Positions 1-9,569 of a DNA stretch of 64,000 nucleotides are shown one piece after another. A program made the position numbers and the translations under genes. Under the pieces are notes generated by a model that saw nothing but the letters and a program-made list of their open reading frames with translations, was not told where the DNA came from and made no database searches. The stretch spans positions 11,387-75,386 of the forward strand of contig CAJXOS010000006.1 in NCBI GenBank assembly GCA_913057725.1. The letters are read 5' to 3'. This DNA is from an uncultured Lewinella sp. (GTDB lineage: Bacteria > Bacteroidota > Bacteroidia > Chitinophagales > Saprospiraceae). Positions within the stretch are counted from its first letter, which is position 1. Every line of letters starts with the position of its first letter.

Positions 1-1824
1 ACGGAAACCCGCATCTACCAAGGTGATTTGCGGCTGGGTCGGCAGATGGACGGTTGGCAGTACATAAGGATAAGTAGCATTCATCCTTAGCCCCGTAAGG
101 AAGCGTAAGCTATCTGCTCCTTGTTCACGTAGCAGCCAACGAAAATCAACTGCATCAATCTCATAAACATCCTGCTGCACTAGGCCTATGGGAGAGGTCA
201 TCATAAAGGAAACCCCTTGTGGCGAGACAATCATTTGTCGGCCATCATTAACGATAGCAGGACTGAGATATAACATTGGGATCGTGCCGGCTTGTTCTGG
301 TTGCTTATAGGCCATCAGTGGTTTATCCAGAACCCCTTCTGTGTTTTCATTGAACTGCTGTTCAAAAACGTATCCACGATCTCTGAAGTAACGTTCTCCT
401 GCGTATTCAAACCGTCGCCAGGGCAGGAAAAGATCATTGGAAACAATGGTAAAGGCCACCGAATTCAGTAAGTCCAAAGTGATACGATCCAGATACTCAC
501 GACGATAAAGCCGCACCCCTTCCCCTTGTTTATGCTGCAGATATAGTTCTCGCAAATAGGCCAAGCCAAGCATACCACCAGAAGCTCCGGTCATGAGGAC
601 CGAATGGTCCAGCAATTTTCCTTGACTTAGGCTGTCTGCCACTTGAACCACGTGCGTACTCCAAGCCGCCGCCTTTAGGCCTCCACCACTGGCGCAGAGG
701 AAAATAATCTTGGGTTTCTGCTCTGTGCTATCCATATGCGCCATGCGCGCATTCAAAATTTCTTCTGTATTTGCCAGATCAGCTTCGACCACGTCGTCTT
801 GACACACCTGCGCTAGACTGTTGTAGGTATACGGGGCTCTTTCTGGTCCGTAATGTAACCCGTAAGCATAGTTGGGGTGATTAAAAACCCCAAAGGAGGT
901 GAGATAATTAATGAGCAAGAGTAAGGAAACAATTACGAAAGCACGCCATTCGGCGAACCAGTAAGTAAGTGCACCGATAAAGGCGATGAGCAAGCTGAAC
1001 AAGATGATTATACTAGCAGCAGCCGGAATCCGAAAAAGCTCCCAGTCTACCAGGTACCCAAGGATCAAAAGCGACATCATACTCAATAGCTGAAGTGCCA
1101 ATGCATTGAGGTGATTTTGCTTGAAAATATTCAACAACAGCCGTGACTCGTAGTGTGCTACGGAACGCACTAGGCGTGGCCTCAGATTCTCTCCCAGATA
1201 CGTCCAAACTTTGAGTCGATTGCGATCAAGCTTCATGTAGTCGAGGTCGGCCTTTCGTCTCCCCGGAGGAATATGAAGATCAGTTAAGTTGGGCGGAGCA
1301 CTTCCCCGGTGGTAGTAAGAAATATCCCTATTGGTCAGACGGAAATAAATAGAGTAACCTAACACCAAGGTTAGCGCCCCCAGACCAAGTGCACTTAGGT
1401 GCAGTAGAATTGCACCAAAAGATAGGCCTTGGTAATGGTCTTGGAAGTAACCAATTAGTATCAAGTAAAACACACCAAAGGCCAGTGGCATCAGAAGGTT
1501 ATTGATGCTAAACTTAGTGAACGGACGTTTGAGACTCGCTAGAAATGGAAAGTGTTGGGCCGTGAGTAGATAGGTAGTCAGGTTCCAGCTCATAAAGAAC
1601 CCTCCCAAGGCTAAGCCTACTATGTAGAAGCTAAAAAAATTGACTTCGCCTAAGTACTCAGGATCCAAGAATAGATATTGTAATCCTAGACGACGCCCCA
1701 AGCTACCCGACATCATGAGCAGCAATATCACCCATAGTGACATCAACAGGAGGTTACTCCTCATATGCAAGAGAAGCAACTGCACAGGAAAGGAATAATA
1801 AAGCTGCTGCAAGAATTGGCGCAT
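1..1824 (-). CDS. Membrane-anchored patatin-like phospholipase (runs off the window; 3' end missing)
   Basis: Not in the ORF track. Manual translation from ATG at 1824 (MRQFLQQLYYSFPVQLLLLH...) gives an N-terminal multi-TM region, then patatin motifs SGGGLKAA, TGASGG and VDAGFR at the window edge. Confidence 0.85.
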   Translation of the reverse strand, partial: MRQFLQQLYYSFPVQLLLLHMRSNLLLMSLWVILLLMMSGSLGRRLGLQYLFLDPEYLGEVNFFSFYIVGLALGGFFMSWNLTTYLLTAQHFPFLASLKRPFTKFSINNLLMPLAFGVFYLILIGYFQDHYQGLSFGAILLHLSALGLGALTLVLGYSIYFRLTNRDISYYHRGSAPPNLTDLHIPPGRRKADLDYMKLDRNRLKVWTYLGENLRPRLVRSVAHYESRLLLNIFKQNHLNALALQLLSMMSLLILGYLVDWELFRIPAAASIIILFSLLIAFIGALTYWFAEWRAFVIVSLLLLINYLTSFGVFNHPNYAYGLHYGPERAPYTYNSLAQVCQDDVVEADLANTEEILNARMAHMDSTEQKPKIIFLCASGGGLKAAAWSTHVVQVADSLSQGKLLDHSVLMTGASGGMLGLAYLRELYLQHKQGEGVRLYRREYLDRITLDLLNSVAFTIVSNDLFLPWRRFEYAGERYFRDRGYVFEQQFNENTEGVLDKPLMAYKQPEQAGTIPMLYLSPAIVNDGRQMIVSPQGVSFMMTSPIGLVQQDVYEIDAVDFRWLLREQGADSLRFLTGLRMNATYPYVLPTVHLPTQPQITLVDAGFR

Positions 1825-1970
1825 AAGCGGTGGTGTACCTTTTCTCTGTATTTCAACGCATGAAGGCCATGAATTGATCTTCTTATGGTGGTTAGGCGTT
1901 ACGGTTATTATCAGTGCTGGTCTTTGTCCTTACATTTGACCACCGCTGGAGAGAACCCGCCGCAATTCAT

Positions 1971-1978
1971 TACCTTTG
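1971..1978 (+). promoter_or_regulatory. Bacteroidota sigma-A -7 element (TACCTTTG) upstream of ugd
   Basis: Matches TAnnTTTG about 85 nt before the ATG; no clearly spaced -33 element. Confidence 0.5.
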
Positions 1979-2062
1979 CGGCTTTGAAAAATCAATAGCG
2001 GGATTTTAAGAATCTCCGCTCCCCCCTTTTGAAGGGAAGATACCCAAAAAACGAGATAATAC

Positions 2063-3376
2063 ATGAAGATCGCAGTTGTTGGTACTGGATACGTAGGATT
2101 GGTCTCTGGCACCTGTTTTGCCGAGACGGGCAATGATGTTGTTTGTGTAGATATTGATGCCAATAAAGTAGCCCGAATGCAACAGGGCGAAGTACCTATT
2201 TATGAGCCAGGCCTTGAGCTTCTCTTTGAGCGAAACACCCGACAGGGTCGACTAACTTTTACCACTGACCTCGCGTCTGCCGTTGAAGCTGCCGAGATTA
2301 TCTTTTTGGCTTTACCAACGCCTCCCGGCGAGGATGGCTCTGCCGATCTTTCTTATATCCTGGGAGTGGCCGATCAGCTTGGCAAGATGATCACTTCTTA
2401 TAAGATCATTGTCGACAAAAGCACAGTTCCTGTTGGCACAGCAGAGGAGGTTCATAAGGCACTGGCCAAGAACTTATCTACGGACTTATTCGATGTGGTA
2501 TCTAACCCGGAGTTCTTGCGCGAAGGCGTAGCCGTTGATGACTTCCTTAAGCCAGACCGGGTCGTTATTGGTACTAGCTCTGAACGTGCACAAAAGAAAA
2601 TGCACCAGCTATATGATCCGTTCGTACGCCAGGGCAACCCTATCATCTTCATGGATGAGCGCTCGGCGGAAATGACCAAATACGCGGCCAATTCTTACCT
2701 AGCCACTCGTATTACATTCATGAACGAGATTGCCAACCTTTGCGAAAAAGTTGGTGCCAATGTAGATATGGTACGTCGTGGTATGGGTAGTGATACGCGT
2801 ATTGGCAAGCGTTTTCTATTTCCAGGAGTTGGCTACGGAGGTAGCTGTTTCCCTAAGGATGTACAGGCACTAGCCAAAACGTCAGAAGAATTTGACTACG
2901 ACTTCCGGATTCTGAAGTCAGTAATGTCCGTAAACACCCAACAACGCATGCGTTTGGTGGACAAGATCAAAGCTCGTCTAGGAGATGATCTAACTGGTAA
3001 AACCATCGGCCTCTGGGGGCTTGCCTTCAAGCCTAATACCGATGACATCCGCGAAGCGCCTGCTATATATACTATCGAAGCACTTTTAGAAGCAGGTGCC
3101 CAAATCCGTGCTTTCGATCCTGAGGCCATGGATAACGTAAAAGCACTCTTCGGCAACAAGGTTTTCTTCGCTAGCGATCAATATGAAGCTATCATTGGTG
3201 CAGATGCACTAGCCATCGCCACTGAGTGGAGCGTGTTCCGTACCCCTAGCTTCAACGTGATGAAAGAGCTCCTAAAGAACCCGCTGATTTTCGACGGTCG
3301 CAACCTGTATGACCTCGAACTCATGGAAGAGAAAGGGTTCCACTATGAGAGTATTGGCCGGCAAGTGGTTCAATAG
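2063..3376 (+). CDS. ugd: UDP-glucose 6-dehydrogenase
   Basis: GTGYVG Rossmann motif, KSTVPVGT, SNPEFLREG, catalytic GYGGSCFPKD, AFKPNTDDIRE. Confidence 0.95.
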   Translation: MKIAVVGTGYVGLVSGTCFAETGNDVVCVDIDANKVARMQQGEVPIYEPGLELLFERNTRQGRLTFTTDLASAVEAAEIIFLALPTPPGEDGSADLSYILGVADQLGKMITSYKIIVDKSTVPVGTAEEVHKALAKNLSTDLFDVVSNPEFLREGVAVDDFLKPDRVVIGTSSERAQKKMHQLYDPFVRQGNPIIFMDERSAEMTKYAANSYLATRITFMNEIANLCEKVGANVDMVRRGMGSDTRIGKRFLFPGVGYGGSCFPKDVQALAKTSEEFDYDFRILKSVMSVNTQQRMRLVDKIKARLGDDLTGKTIGLWGLAFKPNTDDIREAPAIYTIEALLEAGAQIRAFDPEAMDNVKALFGNKVFFASDQYEAIIGADALAIATEWSVFRTPSFNVMKELLKNPLIFDGRNLYDLELMEEKGFHYESIGRQVVQ

Positions 3377-3381
3377 GTAAA

Positions 3382-3440
3382 TAGTTGGGTTAGTTACGTT
3401 AATTGGATGAGTTGAGTTAGTCAGATGAGTTGGGTAGCCG
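3382..3440. repeat. Short imperfect tandem repeats (GTTGGGTTA/GTTGAGTTA/GTTGGGTAG)
   Basis: Degenerate ~9-nt units directly after the ugd stop codon. Confidence 0.35.
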
Positions 3441-3651
3441 ATGTAGTCAATTGAATGCCTCATCTTTCCTTACATGTTACATGTTGTCCTCATATGCCTT
3501 ATATGGTTCAGGAGAATCACTAACAAACGATCTCTAGCAGACATTTTAAGTTCCTTGACTGCTCTTAACGCAAACAATCTCAACACAGGCTTGTCGTTAT
3601 GCAGTAGTAGCGCTTAACTTTAAGCCTGTTTAGTCAACTCAATATTTCGCC

Positions 3652-4263
3652 TTGAGACTTTTCACTTGCTTTACATTGCTCTGCTGCCTACTACTCATTA
3701 CCGCTTGTGATAATGGGCTGGAACAGGTCGTTGAACAAGATGAGTATGGAAATACAGTCCGCTTCGAACGCCGTAAAACTGACTTTGCCCGGCATGGCTG
3801 GCTATACGTTACTAACCCTGATGGCGTAGTGATAGAAGCAGCACAATACACTGCAGACACACTGGATGGACTAAGAATAATTTTCAGCGGGGCCGGAGAC
3901 ACCAGTATTGTAGAGCAATACACGATGGGTAATTTTTCCGGTGAATACCGCTTATACCACGAAAATGGTGCTCTCAAGCAAAAGGGTACCTATGTGGATA
4001 ATGTCATGACCGGCGCTTGGGAAACTTACTACGACAATGGTAAACTCAAAGAACGGGTAAGTTTTGCTGACAACATGGAAAATGGTCCCTTCATAGAATA
4101 TCATCGCAACGGTAAACTCGCCGCAGAAGGCGTTTATCTAGATGGTGATTATGAACACGGGGAATTGAAGATATACGACGAAAACGGCCAACTCCAACGC
4201 ACAATGGACTGCGATAAAGGAAGATGCACTACCACTTGGAAAGCCGAAGAAAAGGAAGAATAA
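3652..4263 (+). CDS. MORN-variant repeat lipoprotein (YwqK-like)
   Basis: Lipobox LITAC; repeats YHENGALKQKG, YYDNGKLK, YHRNGKL, YDENGQL. Confidence 0.8.
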   Translation: MRLFTCFTLLCCLLLITACDNGLEQVVEQDEYGNTVRFERRKTDFARHGWLYVTNPDGVVIEAAQYTADTLDGLRIIFSGAGDTSIVEQYTMGNFSGEYRLYHENGALKQKGTYVDNVMTGAWETYYDNGKLKERVSFADNMENGPFIEYHRNGKLAAEGVYLDGDYEHGELKIYDENGQLQRTMDCDKGRCTTTWKAEEKEE

Positions 4264-4265
4264 GT

Positions 4266-5309
4266 ATGCGGATACTACTACTCTCACTATGCTGCTTTAC
4301 TGTACTCTCACTGAACGCTCAGGTAGGTGGCCTCTTCACTTATGAGTTCCTCAACTTTGCCCCCTCCGCTCGAATATCAGCCTTAGGTGGTACGCATATC
4401 GCAGTGGTTGATGAGGATATCAATATGGCCAGCACGAACCCGGCCTCATTAAACCCACTCATGCATCAACAGCTGAGCTTCAGTCACGCTTTTCACCCGG
4501 GAGGCATTGGCTACGGTTATGCTAGCGGTGGTTACCATCATGAAAACTGGAACACTACTTTCCATGGCGGCATCCGCTACGTTAACTACGGTGATTTTGA
4601 CCTTACCAACACCCTTGGTCAAATTGAGGGGGATTTCAAAGCTGCTGAATATGCTGTGACCATAGGCGCTGGCCGAGAGTTGGCGGAAAGACTGCGCGGT
4701 GGCGTAAATCTACGCTTCATCAGCTCTCAGCTAGAAAGCTATAACTCGATAGGCCTCGTGGCGGACTTGAGCCTTCTTTATCAGGATACCGCGAAAAACT
4801 TTATCATCACCTTCGTCGCTCGAAATGCAGGACGTCAACTGTCTACTTTCCGAGAAGACAACATTGAACCACTTCCCTTCGAGATACAAGCGGGGCTAAG
4901 TAAACGACTGAAATATCTGCCTTTCCAATTCTCAATCGTCTATCGTTATCTCGACCGTTGGAACATCTTATATGATGACCCTAACACAACAGAAAACACC
5001 CTCATTTTTGGTGATATCGAAACGGAGCGCAGTAACACCGCTATCTGGTTTGACAACTTTGCCCGGCACTTTGTTTTTAACGGCGAGCTCTTCATTGGCA
5101 AGCAAGAAAACTTCCGTGTCCGTTTTGGCTACAGCCATCTTTTACGGAAAGAGTTAAGCCTCGACGAGTATCGTAGTTTGGCGGGCTTCACCTTTGGTGC
5201 TGGTATCCGTATCAATCGTTTCCGTTTGGATTACGGCCGCAGCACATTCCACCTTGGAGGAGGTGTAAACCAACTTTCCATTTCTACCAACATCAAGGAG
5301 TTTAAGTAA
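4266..5309 (+). CDS. porQ: Type IX secretion system outer-membrane protein PorQ
   Basis: Signal peptide, YEFLNFAPSARISALGG and NPASL motifs, beta-barrel pattern, C-terminal GYSHLLRKEL...GFTFGAG. ATG 4266 preferred over 4224. Confidence 0.8.
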   Translation: MRILLLSLCCFTVLSLNAQVGGLFTYEFLNFAPSARISALGGTHIAVVDEDINMASTNPASLNPLMHQQLSFSHAFHPGGIGYGYASGGYHHENWNTTFHGGIRYVNYGDFDLTNTLGQIEGDFKAAEYAVTIGAGRELAERLRGGVNLRFISSQLESYNSIGLVADLSLLYQDTAKNFIITFVARNAGRQLSTFREDNIEPLPFEIQAGLSKRLKYLPFQFSIVYRYLDRWNILYDDPNTTENTLIFGDIETERSNTAIWFDNFARHFVFNGELFIGKQENFRVRFGYSHLLRKELSLDEYRSLAGFTFGAGIRINRFRLDYGRSTFHLGGGVNQLSISTNIKEFK

Positions 5310-5448
5310 GTACCTATTCGCCAAAGAATAGATTTGGGGCCTGTAATCATTCTAATTCCGCCAGGCCCGGCCGCTTTTCGACCAAGAATTGTCCCAGTTG
5401 AGACGCTTGGCTACAGGAATACTGGTTATTATTGCGCTTACTAGCGTA

Positions 5449-6153
5449 ATGAAACCTTACGATCAAACCGCCATATTATTCTTTAGTCGCACACCGCGAC
5501 AAGAGGCCCTGCATAAGCAACTGGCCGGCCCGCACTCCTATCGGGTCAGTAAGGTATTACTACAACATTCCCTCCGAGAGCTTCGCAAATCAAAGCTACC
5601 CATCTGCCCATGCTTGGGTCCTCAACAAGAAGGGGACACTTTCGGTGAGCGTTTGGCTAATGCCACAGAGGCCGTCTTCGCCCAGGGGTACCAACAAGTA
5701 ATCATAGTCGGTAGCGATAGCCCTGGGCTTAATGCTCAAACACTAAGAGAGGCACAAGCCCATCTCGAAGAAAAGGATGCCGTTTTAGGTCCCTCATCAG
5801 ATGGCGGACTGTACCTTATTGGACTAAAGCGGAACACATACCAGAGGGAACAATTCATTGCTCTAGATTGGGAAACCGACAAACTGCAAGCCTCCGTAGC
5901 GAAGTATTTGGGTAGTATGCAAACAGATGCATACTTGCTACCAAGCCTGACAGACTTAGACAATGCGGACAATTTCGCCGTCTGGTATCCCACCTTATTT
6001 GCAGGAAGACTCTTTGCCGAGTTGAACAATAGCCTTCTCGAGATTACTGAGGGGCAAATACCTACCTCCCCTACCTTAGCACAAGGCTCGCAGGATATCT
6101 ACAGAGCCATACCACGGCGCGGCCCACCAGCCACATTGCGCTTAAGGGCCTAG
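5449..6153 (+). CDS. DUF2064 / TIGR04282-like (rSAM/selenodomain- and arsenosugar-cluster-associated transferase-like) protein with C-terminal RGPP motif
   Basis: QQEGDTFGERLANA, VIIVGSDSPGL, VLGPSSDGGLYLIGL and LTDLD are DUF2064 signature segments. ATG 5449 preferred over TTG 5389. Confidence 0.8.
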   Translation: MKPYDQTAILFFSRTPRQEALHKQLAGPHSYRVSKVLLQHSLRELRKSKLPICPCLGPQQEGDTFGERLANATEAVFAQGYQQVIIVGSDSPGLNAQTLREAQAHLEEKDAVLGPSSDGGLYLIGLKRNTYQREQFIALDWETDKLQASVAKYLGSMQTDAYLLPSLTDLDNADNFAVWYPTLFAGRLFAELNNSLLEITEGQIPTSPTLAQGSQDIYRAIPRRGPPATLRLRA

Positions 6154-6286
6154 GATTTCCGGCCCAATTTCACTCTTATTTTTCGCAACAAATGAATTGC
6201 CTGCATCCACAACAACAATGCAGTTAGCAAAGGCATGTCTCTGTGCCTTTAGCGGATAGGCAATGGTTTAGAGAACTTAATCACGT

Positions 6287-9200
6287 ATGAAATTTCTATA
6301 CACAGTAGCGTGCATGCTACTCAGTATAATGAGCTTGTCTGCCCAAGGCATAACGGTAACAGGAACCGTCACAGATGCGGAATCAGGCGAGGCGTTAACA
6401 GGGGTAACTGTTTTAGAAAAAGGTACTACCAATGGCACAGTTGCCGATCTGGATGGTCGCTACCAAATTACAGTTGGATCAGAATCAGCAGTACTGCTTT
6501 TCTCCTATGTAGGATACAGCAGCATTGAGCTAACTGTTGGACAACAAACAAAGCTAGATGTAGCACTGGATGCTGGCACCACTGCCCTCAATGAAATTGT
6601 AGTAACTGCTCTCGGTTTAGAGCGCTCTTCTCGCGATTTAGGATATGCCGTTCAGCGCATCGATGCACAAGACATAACCGATGTAAAATCACCGAACTTT
6701 GTTGACAACCTGGCGGGCCAGGTAGCTGGCGTTACCATTAGTCAAGGAGCTACTGGCGTTGGTTCTACATCTAAAATCACCATTCGTGGGGAAGCCAGTT
6801 TCACTAACAACAATCCGCTTTTTGTCTTGGACGGAGTGCCGATCAACAACAACTCTATCCTCAACTTCACCAATGAAGCGGCAGCCGGTTTTCAGGAAGT
6901 AGACTTTGGTAATGGCGCCATGGAAATCAATGCAGATGATGTAGCCTCCGTTACTGTATTGAAAGGTCCTAGTGCAGCAGCACTGTACGGCACACGTGCT
7001 TCGAATGGTGTGATCATCGTTACAACTAAAGATGGATCAGAAAGCACTGGTCTGGGTATCAGTTTCAACTCTTCCTCCTTCGTGGAAAGTGCTTTTCAGC
7101 TACCGGAATTTCAAAACAGTTATGGCCAGGGAAATTCGGGGCAGTTTGAATTTGTCGATGGCCTTGGTGGAGGTATCAACGACAACATCACCTATAGCTG
7201 GGGACCACGTTTGGACGCCGGCATTCTAATCCCTCAGTTTGACAGCCCGGTTACTACGGCCTCAGGGCAAGTGGTCCGGGGTGGTGATGTGGCAGTACAT
7301 GGTGGTGCCCCCATTACGCCAACTGAGTTTGTTTCTCATCCAGACAACCTGAAGAATTTCTACGAAACTGGACTGACAACGGTGAATAACCTGGCCATTG
7401 GTGCAGCAAACGAACGCGGCAACTACCGTCTGTCCTTTACAGACATGCGTAGCAACTCCATCATTCCAGGTGTAAACCTCGATCGCCAGACGATTAGCGC
7501 ACGACTTGGTTTCCGGCCGATCGAACGCCTGAAACTATCAACGGCTTTCAGCTATGTGAATGCCAGTAGTGATAATCGCCCAGCTAATGGATACGGTTCA
7601 GAGAACATCAATTACTCGCTAGTTGCTTGGGGGCCACGTTCATTGGACATTAGCCAACTGCAGGATTACTGGCAACCAGGTTTGGAAGGCCTCCAACAGT
7701 ATGCATTCAACTATACCTTTTTTGACAACCCGTACTTCATCTTGCAGGAAAACCGCAACTCATTCCAACGCGACCGGGTTTTCGGTAACCTGATGGCAAC
7801 CTATGACATTACGGACAAATGGAGCCTTAGTCTACGTAGCGGAATGGACTACTCGAACGAAGACCGCCGCTTCTTACGCAACTTCAGCTCTAACCGTTTC
7901 CGCAATGGCGCCTATGCTGAACACGATGTATTTTATCGTGAAAACAATACCGATCTCCTCTTGAATTATCAGGACCAATGGGGCGACTTCTCTGCTGACT
8001 TTTCAGCCGGTGCCAACCGCCTGGATCAAAGAGCAAGCACTTCTCAAGCACAAGCACTAAGCCTGGCTCAACCTGGCATTTTCAAGCTGAGCAATGCAGC
8101 CTCACCTATTGAAGTATTTGAGTTCGATTCACGCAAGAGAATCAATAGCGTTTATGGTCTAGCTAAACTGGGCTATAAGGATGTCCTGTTTGTGGATGTC
8201 ACGGGTCGTAATGATTGGTCTAGTGCCCTGGCAACGCCTACATCCAAAGACAACACGTCTTTCTTCTACCCATCTGTATCGAGTAGCTTGATCCTTTCCA
8301 GAGTATTGGATCTACCGACCAGCGTTTCTTTTGCTAAACTTCGGGCAAGTTGGGCTCAAGTAGGTAATGACACTGATCCTTATCAGACTACTGGCGCTTT
8401 TGTAGCGCAAACGCCGTTCAGTGCACAGCCAACGTTTAGCGCTCAAAACCTGATTGCTAACGGTAATCTTCTTCCCGAAAAAACGAGCTCTATTGAAGTA
8501 GGTGCAGACATCCGTTTTGTAGATGATCGCGTACGAGTAGACTTTACGTATTACGATGCGCGCACCGAGAACCAGATCATTGCCTTACCCGTACCTATCT
8601 CCTCTGGTTATACAGAGCAGGTCGTGAATGGCGGTGAAGTTCGTTCACGCGGTGTAGAAGTGATCCTTGGTCTCACCCCGGTTTACAATGCTAATTTCCG
8701 TTGGGATGCGCAGTTTAACTTCAGCACCAATCGCGCCACTGTAGAGCAGCTTCCTGCTGGCATTGACCGCCTGACGCTGGCCTACTCACGGGTTTACGAC
8801 AATGTCAACCAGACAGTGTGGTTCCAAGTGGAAGAAGGTGGCCAGATTGGTGACATGTATGGTACAGGATACCTCCGCAATGAAAATGGTGACTTCGTAA
8901 TCGATGACAACGGTCGCTACATCGTTGACAACAACTTACAACTACTCGGCAATTTCAATCCTGACTTCGTTCTTGGGTTCAGCAATCGCTTCAGTTACAA
9001 AAACTGGAATATGAGCCTCTTGCTCGATTGGCGTCAAGGAGGTACAATTGTATCACGGACCTTGTCGCTAGCAGCGGTTGGTGGCCAGTTGATTGAAACC
9101 CTTGATCGCCCCGAAGAAGGTATCGTTGCGGAAGGCGTTGTGAATACCGGCAGTACTGAAAATCCAATATGGGCGCCCAACGCCACAGCCGTAAACGCGG

Positions 9201-9502
9201 AGAGTTACTATCGTCAATTCTACGATCGCAACCACGAGGAGAACAACACTTATGATGCCTCTTACTTGAAGATCCGGGAGTTTAGCTTAGGCTACACTTT
9301 CGCTGATCGTGGCAACTTCTTCCGCAATGGTCGCTCATTAAGTCTTGCACTAGTAGGGCGTAACCTTTATGCCTTCTCGGCTATCCCTCACTTTGACCCT
9401 GAACAACTTGCTGTACAGGGCACGCAGTTCGTCAGTGGTGTGGAGGATATGAGTTATGCCACTACCCGAAGCTGGGGATTAAAACTAGGGCTGAACTTCT
9501 AA
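6287..9502 (+). CDS. susC: SusC/RagA family TonB-dependent outer membrane transporter
   Basis: N-terminal CarboxypepD_reg-like domain, EIVVTALG, VLKGPSAAALYGTRASNGVIIVTTK, RNDWSSAL, C-terminal GLNF. Confidence 0.95.
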   Translation: MKFLYTVACMLLSIMSLSAQGITVTGTVTDAESGEALTGVTVLEKGTTNGTVADLDGRYQITVGSESAVLLFSYVGYSSIELTVGQQTKLDVALDAGTTALNEIVVTALGLERSSRDLGYAVQRIDAQDITDVKSPNFVDNLAGQVAGVTISQGATGVGSTSKITIRGEASFTNNNPLFVLDGVPINNNSILNFTNEAAAGFQEVDFGNGAMEINADDVASVTVLKGPSAAALYGTRASNGVIIVTTKDGSESTGLGISFNSSSFVESAFQLPEFQNSYGQGNSGQFEFVDGLGGGINDNITYSWGPRLDAGILIPQFDSPVTTASGQVVRGGDVAVHGGAPITPTEFVSHPDNLKNFYETGLTTVNNLAIGAANERGNYRLSFTDMRSNSIIPGVNLDRQTISARLGFRPIERLKLSTAFSYVNASSDNRPANGYGSENINYSLVAWGPRSLDISQLQDYWQPGLEGLQQYAFNYTFFDNPYFILQENRNSFQRDRVFGNLMATYDITDKWSLSLRSGMDYSNEDRRFLRNFSSNRFRNGAYAEHDVFYRENNTDLLLNYQDQWGDFSADFSAGANRLDQRASTSQAQALSLAQPGIFKLSNAASPIEVFEFDSRKRINSVYGLAKLGYKDVLFVDVTGRNDWSSALATPTSKDNTSFFYPSVSSSLILSRVLDLPTSVSFAKLRASWAQVGNDTDPYQTTGAFVAQTPFSAQPTFSAQNLIANGNLLPEKTSSIEVGADIRFVDDRVRVDFTYYDARTENQIIALPVPISSGYTEQVVNGGEVRSRGVEVILGLTPVYNANFRWDAQFNFSTNRATVEQLPAGIDRLTLAYSRVYDNVNQTVWFQVEEGGQIGDMYGTGYLRNENGDFVIDDNGRYIVDNNLQLLGNFNPDFVLGFSNRFSYKNWNMSLLLDWRQGGTIVSRTLSLAAVGGQLIETLDRPEEGIVAEGVVNTGSTENPIWAPNATAVNAESYYRQFYDRNHEENNTYDASYLKIREFSLGYTFADRGNFFRNGRSLSLALVGRNLYAFSAIPHFDPEQLAVQGTQFVSGVEDMSYATTRSWGLKLGLNF

Positions 9503-9569
9503 TCTAATCACCAGCATTGCACGCTTAAACTAAGAACCGCCACCGGCGGAGCGCATCAAATCAACAACA

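Noticed and set aside
3652-4263. YwqK-like protein as the antitoxin of a toxin-antitoxin pair
   Set aside because: No adjacent toxin; it is a MORN-repeat lipoprotein coupled to porQ.
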